Shown in pieces: positions 42,904 through 50,520 of a stretch of 64,000 nucleotides of DNA. The notes under the pieces were generated by a model that was not told the origin of the DNA, did no database searches, and was given only the letters and a program-made list of their open reading frames with translations. A program made the position numbers and the translations under genes. The stretch is from Corallochytrium limacisporum Hawaii (taxonomy: Eukaryota; Protista; Pluriformea), in assembly GCA_002811645.1 (NCBI GenBank), contig PDIP01000089.1, positions 88,303-152,302 of the forward strand, read 5' to 3'. Numbering within the stretch: the stretch's first letter is position 1; every line of letters begins with the position of its first letter.

Positions 42904-44307
42904 TTAGAAACTCTCGCTGATCTTGTCCTTCAGACCTTTGAAAGTGTTCTTCAGGGTGTGCTTCAACTGCTTCAAAACAGGCTTGGCAGCCTCGTCAAGG
43001 TCTTCCTTTTCATGCTTGCAGCCTTCGTTATCCTTATTTTGCAAGCAGAAGTTGACCTTCTGGTACTGGCACTGCAGAGACTTCATGTCCTTCTTGCATT
43101 CATCAGTATTGCAGGGGTTCTGCTCGTCGGGCACGCCATAGTCGCAGAACTGGACATCGTCCTTAATGTGCTTCCTCAGGTTCTTCAGGGCCTTCTTCAG
43201 TGCCTTGTGGTCCTCACAGGTTTGGTCACCACCATTAGCTCCATCACCCTTAGTGCAGTACTTGCGGATAGCCTTGCGGCACTTGCGCTCAGCAAGAGAC
43301 TCCTGGCACTCGGGCAAATTGCAAGGGCTGTTGGGGTTCTCCTTGTCGAAGGGACACAGGTCGATCTGGATGGTCATGTCCTCAGGCACAGGGTCGATGA
43401 CGACCTGGGGCAGATCAGCGGGGGCTTCAATGGGGAGGACTCCGGGAATAACAGCGTTAAGGGACTGGATCTCCTCAGGGGTCAAGGGGCGAGCAGAGGA
43501 AATCTGACTCTTCAGGGCCGCTCCGTCCATGCCGCTGTCGACATTAATGTCCACGGGTTGCATGGGCACCAGAGGCAGAGGGATGATGGCCGGTTGCGGT
43601 TCGAAGCAAGGAGGAGGAGGAGGAGGAGGGTGCTCACCGCCGGGGGGAGGAGGAGGAGGAGGGTGCTCGCCGCCGGGGGGAGGAGGAGGAGGAGGAGGAG
43701 GAGGACCACAAGGAGGGCCATGGTGGTGGTGATGATGGCGATGATGGTGTCCAGGGAAAGGCATCTTGCCCTCACGCAAACGCCTGCAGACATCATCCTC
43801 GTGGCGCTCGTGGCAGAACTCCCTCACAACGTCGTGGCACTTCTCACTGGCCGGAGACAGGCGGCAGTAGAGGTTGTAGCAAGGAGTGGCGGGATCCTCA
43901 ACGGGCCAAGGGCAGGCGTGGTGAGGAGGAATGCCGACAGCCATGCAAGTCATGTAGGCCATCAGACCAGCGGTACCGAGAAGGATGCTCGTGATGGCAA
44001 AGGCGCGCGCAACACGGCTGTAGGAGTGGGCCCGGTGGTAGTCACCCTTGAGCTGTGCATTCTGAGAGCGGTGGTTGTAGTACAGACCCAGCAGACCGAA
44101 GGGCATGCAGCAGGCAATTGTAGCAAACAGGCTCTTAAAGAAGTGGTCCTCAACCTCGGGCTGGATCTCAACGGATTCAATCTCAATGTCGCGGAGCATG
44201 CTCTTCGTCTCCTCCGTGTGGGAGCTCTTTTCGACTTCCCCGTAGGTAGGAGGAGCCTCAAATTCTTCTGTGGGCTCCTCCGTGGGTACCTTTTCGTACT
44301 CAGTCAT
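42904..44307 (-). CDS. CD225/dispanin (IFITM-like) protein 3 with three 6-Cys modules and a poly-His/poly-Pro linker
   Basis: Same CD225 domain as protein 2. Cys modules at 43786-43914, 43216-43356 and 43018-43146. Confidence 0.92.
   Translation of the reverse strand: MTEYEKVPTEEPTEEFEAPPTYGEVEKSSHTEETKSMLRDIEIESVEIQPEVEDHFFKSLFATIACCMPFGLLGLYYNHRSQNAQLKGDYHRAHSYSRVARAFAITSILLGTAGLMAYMTCMAVGIPPHHACPWPVEDPATPCYNLYCRLSPASEKCHDVVREFCHERHEDDVCRRLREGKMPFPGHHHRHHHHHHGPPCGPPPPPPPPPPGGEHPPPPPPPGGEHPPPPPPPCFEPQPAIIPLPLVPMQPVDINVDSGMDGAALKSQISSARPLTPEEIQSLNAVIPGVLPIEAPADLPQVVIDPVPEDMTIQIDLCPFDKENPNSPCNLPECQESLAERKCRKAIRKYCTKGDGANGGDQTCEDHKALKKALKNLRKHIKDDVQFCDYGVPDEQNPCNTDECKKDMKSLQCQYQKVNFCLQNKDNEGCKHEKEDLDEAAKPVLKQLKHTLKNTFKGLKDKISESF
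43610..43704 (-). repeat. Coding (CCT)n microsatellite with a 33-bp tandem unit (PPPPPPPGGEH x2)
   Basis: Units at 43631-43663 and 43664-43696, embedded in GGA repeats on the plus strand. Confidence 0.85.
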
Positions 44308-44311
44308 GGTT
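44003..44311. repeat. 309-bp perfect direct repeat, copy 2
   Basis: Identical to 42043-42351. Confidence 0.9.
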
Positions 44312-47300
44312 GGTTTTGTAATCGCTTTCGTCTATAATAGAAACTATTAAAGACTATACCCATACTCTCCTTAGATTGATTGTCTTAAATAAGTGCATTC
44401 TTGTAAATACCAGAAAACTAATGATCTTATAAGGCCTTGTAATTATTGCCCACTATTTTGCAAACATATTATAGAATTAAAAGCCACGATGATACCAACT
44501 TCGAACATCTTATAAAACAATTAAGGGTCAGTCCGGACACGCACAAAAGCATCGCAACCCACACAAAGACACGCGACCAAAAAGTAACAAGAGCGGCGAA
44601 GAACCTACAGAACTCTTGGAATGGCAAAACCGCACGCACTTGGAGGCAACTCTGCACAGGGGCGAACACCCAGACACACCGCCCCGGCAGTAACTGGGCT
44701 CATTTTCCAGTACTTTCTCTACCGCGACAGGTTGCTCTGTCGTTTTCTAGCAAAGAATTTTCTTCTCCTGTCCTCTCTCCGCCCCTCGGTAAAATCATTC
44801 TGTGCCCTAGTCCCTTCGGGCCAAAAGGAAAAACATTGGCAAGCGCCGGAGGGTAGGGCGGAGGCAAACAAAAAAAAGAGGCGAACACAAAAAATCAGAC
44901 CGCCGCGTGAAAAATGTCAGTACTTTTAGTACTTAATGGGAACCGTCATGAATATTCTGCACGCCGGACAAGGACAGGCCTTGATGAAAAGATTTGTGAT
45001 GACGGGTCCCAAAAACCCCGCTCAATTGAGAGGGCGTGGAACCCAAAATTCGCTGGCCGCATAGTGCACGCCGGGATGCCACTTTGGTAAGTCCGGGAAG
45101 TAATTGGGCACTATTTTTATAATAAATGTATTACATTTGCTATGGTAAAACATGCCATGTTTACAAAATTGCGGTACAGCGCCCATCCCGTCCGAAGGGA
45201 GGTCGTCCAGACCTCGGGCGCCCTCTCCCAAGAAAAATTTCTTCATATTCACACTATGTAGAATCCCTCTGTCTTATCTCTCTCAAACTCTATATATTCA
45301 ATATACACAGATTCTCAAGACTGATATTACTATATCCACAATACCTATTTACAAAAATGTCCAAACTTACCCACCGGCCAGTCAGCAGTCCTGCGGCAGT
45401 ATTTCAGTACATTCACTATGAATCGTTCTCCCAATGACTGCCACATCACTTGTTGCCCTCGGTGACAACATTTCGACCCTAAAAGCCCTTCCGCGATCCA
45501 AAGCGCCAAGTCGGGGCTCGTTCGAGGGAAATTTCTCGGTTTGTTCAATATTAGAACAAGCCCAGCTTCGATCTTCCTGGTGTCCTACCACCACTTGTGT
45601 CCAGATGCTTCCTTTGTTTCACAAACGCCGTCACGCCAACCCATTTCGGGGCCCGTAGTAAGAGTACCGGACATCCGGTGCTGACGTTCGATGCATTCAC
45701 CTAATTTCTGGACGGATTCCACGGAAAATTCCCATACATTTACTATGTACAGCCCTTACTCAAAGCCGTCTTATTTCACCAGCGCCAGAACCCCTCTCCC
45801 CTCCCCAGTGGCATAACGCTGTAGCGGTGCTTCTGCTAAGGTCTGATGATTACAGCGCATGCGCTACCTCCACTGCATCATATTGTCCGCTTTTCATTAT
45901 TTACTCCGGTACAATGTATATTCAGAGATACCGATAATCATGGTTTTAGACCTATGCAAAGTACAGACGTTGCCCTTGAGTCGACCCAGTCTATCACGAC
46001 ATTTGCAGCCGGTCGGGTGAACAGAAGGGGACCCAAAGCTTTTCTTATCGCCGCTCCCCCTAAAAACAAAGGCAAAGAAATAAGCGGCGGCCGCCTCTCC
46101 TCCCTCTCCTTCTTCTTCCCTCCCCCCCCCTCCCCCTTCTTCGCCGGTGCCCCGAAAAGGGAGAGGGGAAGAAAGGGAGAACACGCCGCTTTCTTTCCTT
46201 TTATTTCATAATGAATATATGGCAGAAAAAAGACTCCCGAATTCACAATCCCCCACTTTGCCCCTTAACCTGATCACCTCGCTCCCCAAGCGGAAGCCGT
46301 GGCGTGGGGAAGAAGGGGGGGGGAGAGGAGAGGGGCGGGTTTTGGCGTTTCGCTTGGGTTCCCCCTGTCCAATTAATCCGGTACTGAACCCAGGGGCGAA
46401 AGTGATCGAAGGAACTACCAAGCGCAAAAATGCTCATTTCTATCATCATCATCGTCCTCGCCTGCTGTCCATGAACATTTGGCTCCATTCACCTCAGTAT
46501 ATTCGGTATGAGAATTCACGGGTCCTGTCGCCACATTTGCTTCTCACAGTGGCCCCTTGCTAAGACCAGAAGACTGCGGTGGGGGGGGTGTCCCCCCCCT
46601 CGCACACGAAGTCGATAATTGATTCACTATGACAACTTGCTGATTCTTCTTTCTCTTGTGATCCTTCTGGACGATACAAAGGGGGTTTTGAGATAACATG
46701 CAATCGATGACGATGGGGGGTGCCTTGCGCGCTATGGTAGCTCTGTTGATTTTGTGGGACTACAACGTCGCTCGGAAAAGGTTAGGTCATTTTCTATGGA
46801 AGTAACCGCACCACAGGGAAAAAAAATTACAAGGGAGCGAGAGAGGACCGAACAACCCCTCCAACAACACCCCCCCCCGGGGGGGAGGGGGCGCCATTGG
46901 CTCCTAATAGCTGTGCTACGGGAGCTGTGATTGTTGGAGTGGGTGTGTATGCCCCAGGGGTAACTGGTCAGTACTTAGACCTACCGTTTTTTGCAAAGCC
47001 CGTCGTTCTTACCTACGCTTCCTTTTTGTAGTATTCCCTTAAACCCCAGTTGGTTGCGGGGTGATTTCATTTATTCGGGGCCTATTTTACCTTCCGTCCC
47101 CCTACCGGGGAGTGGCAGGGATGCGAATAGTGCAGTATGGAACTGGCTGTTTGTTGAACTGGTGATGGGGATTGGGCTCATCGAGTGATGTTGTGTCTCG
47201 GACGGGGTAGTGGGTTCAGTGATGCTTTGAAGTTTCATCGTTGATGATGGATGTTGGTGTTGGTGGTGTTCACTCTGTACCCGAGATCTTGTGGGTCCGG

Positions 47301-48251
47301 AATCGTGGCCACTGAGCTGCCTGGTATGCTCAAGTTGTGTTGAGCGATTTACTTGGAGGTTCCGGGTTGTAATTGATGGTAGCAGCAGCCGTGAACGCAT
47401 CCTTTCAATATGTTGTGCATCGTCCTGAGAGACTCTTGGTTATGCAGATACCCCTAAATCCATGGCATCCGGAGGAAGGTTTCGGGGGTTTGGCTCTGCG
47501 CAGTTTCATCCGAATGGTTCTTCATCAGAATTCCGGACAGAGGACTGTTCATGATGGCGGTGGAGCACCCCTTGTGTCAAGTGTGGAGCTATCGCAACTC
47601 GTCTTACTCTGTCATGGTGCAGGGATTTCGTTCATCAATTGCGTCTGCATCTTTGGCTCTTAGAAGTCATCACTTACTCTTCAAGATCGTGAATGTGGTG
47701 GTCTCGCTGAAGACCTGATCCTCGTTTGCTACAATCGCAACCATGACAATGATCAGGGACAGTCGACTTGGACATGGTCGATGTTGTGGTACAGATTGTA
47801 CCGAATGAAGGGGTCCTGGCTTCTCTAACTCCGGAAAGAGGAAGAGTTACTGGCCATTCAGCCCGGCGCTGATATGACACATTCGTGTTTTGGTACGGAT
47901 CAAGACCAGTTGAAAAACTAAGGGCTCCCTAATTAGCTGAACCCTACATTTGTAAATTAAGGTTCACCTCTGAATCCCAGATTGAAAAATCCAGTGACTC
48001 TTTTGATCACTGGGGAGGGGGCACCGAATGGCACTTATCCGTATCCTTGTATATGTGCATGATAGATAGTTATGTTTCATGTCTTGTACTATACATCTGC
48101 ATGGTGATGCTATGGTTTTTGTGTATGTTGTTAACGAATATGGTATTTTTTACGAGAAATTCTGGTTGAAAATTGTAAAGCCGCCACAAATTCGACAAAC
48201 ACGGGAAGCCGTGGCTGGGCCGGATCAGATTAGCCAGGTTGGAATCTCACC

Positions 48252-48431
48252 ATGCCAGCGAAGAAGGTGGCGTGTAAAGCAGAGGCGTGTGCGATTCAAG
48301 AGTGTCTTGCTGCAAACGACTACCAAGAGTCGAAATGCCAGGAGACGATTGAGGCTCTGAAGGCATGCTGTCGTTTGCCTGGCTCAGCCGATTCACCCTG
48401 CTGTCCCAAGGCCTACAGAGAGGCAAAGTAG
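48252..48431 (+). CDS. CMC4: Cx9C motif-containing protein 4 (p8MTCP1 family), 59 aa, absent from the ORF track
   Basis: My translation: MPAKKVACKAEACAIQECLAANDYQESKCQETIEALKACCRLPGSADSPCCPKAYREAK. Twin Cx9C (C8/C18, C29/C39) and the C...AC.IQ.CL..N.Y.ESKCQ..I..L..CC family signature; accATG context; TAG TAA double stop. Confidence 0.92.
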   Translation: MPAKKVACKAEACAIQECLAANDYQESKCQETIEALKACCRLPGSADSPCCPKAYREAK

Positions 48432-48477
48432 TAAACAAAACAGTTTAGAATAGTTTCTACTATCGGCAATACTCCTG

Positions 48478-50520
48478 ATGAAAGTCATAAACATGGCAAC
48501 AGCTGATGAGCAAAACAAGAACAGTGATAAACCAGCCGCCCCGTCTCCTGCGGTGATACCCCCGTTCACGTTGAAGTTGAAGCGCTACTTCACGCAGCAG
48601 CAAACCAGCCATGTCCGCTCCAGTCACATTCAGGACCTGGTCATATGTTCTCTGCGCCAGTGCAAGCACAAGGCACCACAAGACACCGTGCCATGGATCC
48701 GTCCTCCAGACTGGATTGAAATGCACAAGCGACGAAGGCCGTCCACGGTCGTTTTTCTTGTACTAAGCGGTATGACCACTGAAATCTTTGAGGCAAAGAC
48801 TCGCTCTGTGCCGGAATTCGGCAAGGCCTTGCAGCGGTTTGGATGGCGGAACTCGGTGGATGTTGGGGCGACAGATGCAGAAGATTCTGTCGTTGATGGG
48901 TCACCGTTACCTTTCAGGTGCAGTAGCACAACCTACAAGGTTAACTGGGAGACGGACAGATTCCTGCGCAAGACAAAGAGCGAAAAGGAGCAAAAGAAAC
49001 GTGACAGTCAGAAACGGCTCATACACCAGCAGCAAACGAATTCTGTGACCAAGTCACAGCTGATTATGGCATTGGAGAGCATGCCAGGACATAATGTGCC
49101 CACCGATGGACTTTCTGACGCCCAAAAGACACGCTTGCGCCTCGTTGGTGGCTACGGAAGGCCGTCACCGACCCTAGCACCGTCGTCCGCAACACCGTCT
49201 CAAAAAAAGAAGCGGAAGAAACACCATCACAACACAGAAGACAGTAAGGATGGTAAGGACGCCGCTGATACGAAAGCAGACCCTACAGAAGACCTGGAAA
49301 CCCTTCGCGAGATCGGACGAATTAACAGCCTGCCCGTCTTTGCCATTGACTGCGAAATGTGCCGAACGGATGTCGGACTGGAACTTACACGCATCTCTGT
49401 TGTGGACGAGACTGAGAAAACTGTGTATGACACATACGTGAAGCCAGACTCGCCCATTAAGGATTACTTGACTCAGTTCTCTGGCATCACGCCGCAGCAC
49501 ATGGAGAACTGTACCACACGTCTAGAGGACGTCCAACACTGGTTTGGCGAGCACCTGTCTCCAAACAATACTATACTTGTTGGCCACGGAGTCAGCAACG
49601 ATCTGGTAGCTATGAAAATGTCAAATTATCCATTCCTTATGGACACGTCGCAACTTTACGGGGCGGACGTGGACGGCTATGCGGTGAAGCCCAAGCTGCG
49701 TAACTTGGCACGCAGTCACCTGAACATGGAGATCCAACAGGGCCATGGCCAGAGCACCGGCGACGGCGCAGGCCACGACAGTGTGGAGGATGCGGTGGCC
49801 AGTCTCCGCTTGGTCAAACTAAAAATGAAGAACGGCTTGGACTTTGGAAGGCTCGGTGGAGCTTCGGAAAGTGTAGTGAACCTGCTGGATGGCCTTGGTG
49901 TGTCGTCGACACTCTTTGACCGCGGGCATTTGCTCGCCAAACACTCTTCAACCTCTGCGGATCTTCACGCATGTGAAAGCGATGAAAGTGTGGGTCGACG
50001 GTTGGTTAACAACCTTGAAGCCAAGGCACGGCGGGAGAAGGATGCCCTGGCAAAGGATCAGGATGGGCAGCAGCAAGCTGACAAATGTCACCACGAAGAT
50101 GAGCAAGAAGACGAAGAAATTGAACCGGATTATCATGAGAACCAAGCCTGGCAAGGTGCCGGAGGCAACAAGAAGAAGAAGTACATCAACCGCTTCCCAC
50201 CGACGTTCATCTACGCCCGCTTTTCCGACTTGCACATGGGTTTCGATGGTCAAGAATGGGACCCTGAGACGCGAAGCACGGCTGATATTGATAGAAAATT
50301 TGAGCAGATTGCTAGCGTTCTGGACCGCGTGCGGGTGTCGCTACCGGAGAAGACGCTCGTGGTCATTACAACCGCCCCTGGTGTGTTCAGGTGCATCAGC
50401 CAGGCGCACCAGGCCATTAACCAAGGCCCCACGGTTGATCGGGCGGGACGCCAGGCCCACTGTGCGGAGCTGGTGCAGAAGCTGAGACAGGGGTATGCTA
50501 TCGTGCGCTACTTTCCCTGA
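48478..50520 (+). CDS. DEDDh 3'-5' RNA exonuclease, REXO5/Rex1-like
   Basis: AIDCEMC, ELTRISVVD, YDTYVKP..PIKDYLTQFSGIT, LVGHG..NDL, DTS and HDSVEDA. The true start may be 48493 (aacATGg). Confidence 0.9.
   Translation: MKVINMATADEQNKNSDKPAAPSPAVIPPFTLKLKRYFTQQQTSHVRSSHIQDLVICSLRQCKHKAPQDTVPWIRPPDWIEMHKRRRPSTVVFLVLSGMTTEIFEAKTRSVPEFGKALQRFGWRNSVDVGATDAEDSVVDGSPLPFRCSSTTYKVNWETDRFLRKTKSEKEQKKRDSQKRLIHQQQTNSVTKSQLIMALESMPGHNVPTDGLSDAQKTRLRLVGGYGRPSPTLAPSSATPSQKKKRKKHHHNTEDSKDGKDAADTKADPTEDLETLREIGRINSLPVFAIDCEMCRTDVGLELTRISVVDETEKTVYDTYVKPDSPIKDYLTQFSGITPQHMENCTTRLEDVQHWFGEHLSPNNTILVGHGVSNDLVAMKMSNYPFLMDTSQLYGADVDGYAVKPKLRNLARSHLNMEIQQGHGQSTGDGAGHDSVEDAVASLRLVKLKMKNGLDFGRLGGASESVVNLLDGLGVSSTLFDRGHLLAKHSSTSADLHACESDESVGRRLVNNLEAKARREKDALAKDQDGQQQADKCHHEDEQEDEEIEPDYHENQAWQGAGGNKKKKYINRFPPTFIYARFSDLHMGFDGQEWDPETRSTADIDRKFEQIASVLDRVRVSLPEKTLVVITTAPGVFRCISQAHQAINQGPTVDRAGRQAHCAELVQKLRQGYAIVRYFP

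Noticed and set aside
42958-44337. 459-aa plus-strand ORF antisense to CD225 gene 3 (and 41748-42362 antisense to gene 2)
   Set aside because: Shadow ORFs arising from the codon bias of the minus-strand genes; non-ATG start for the long one; no recognisable motifs.
48079-48360. 93-aa track ORF overlapping CMC4
   Set aside because: Wrong frame; the conserved twin-Cx9C protein is at 48252-48431.
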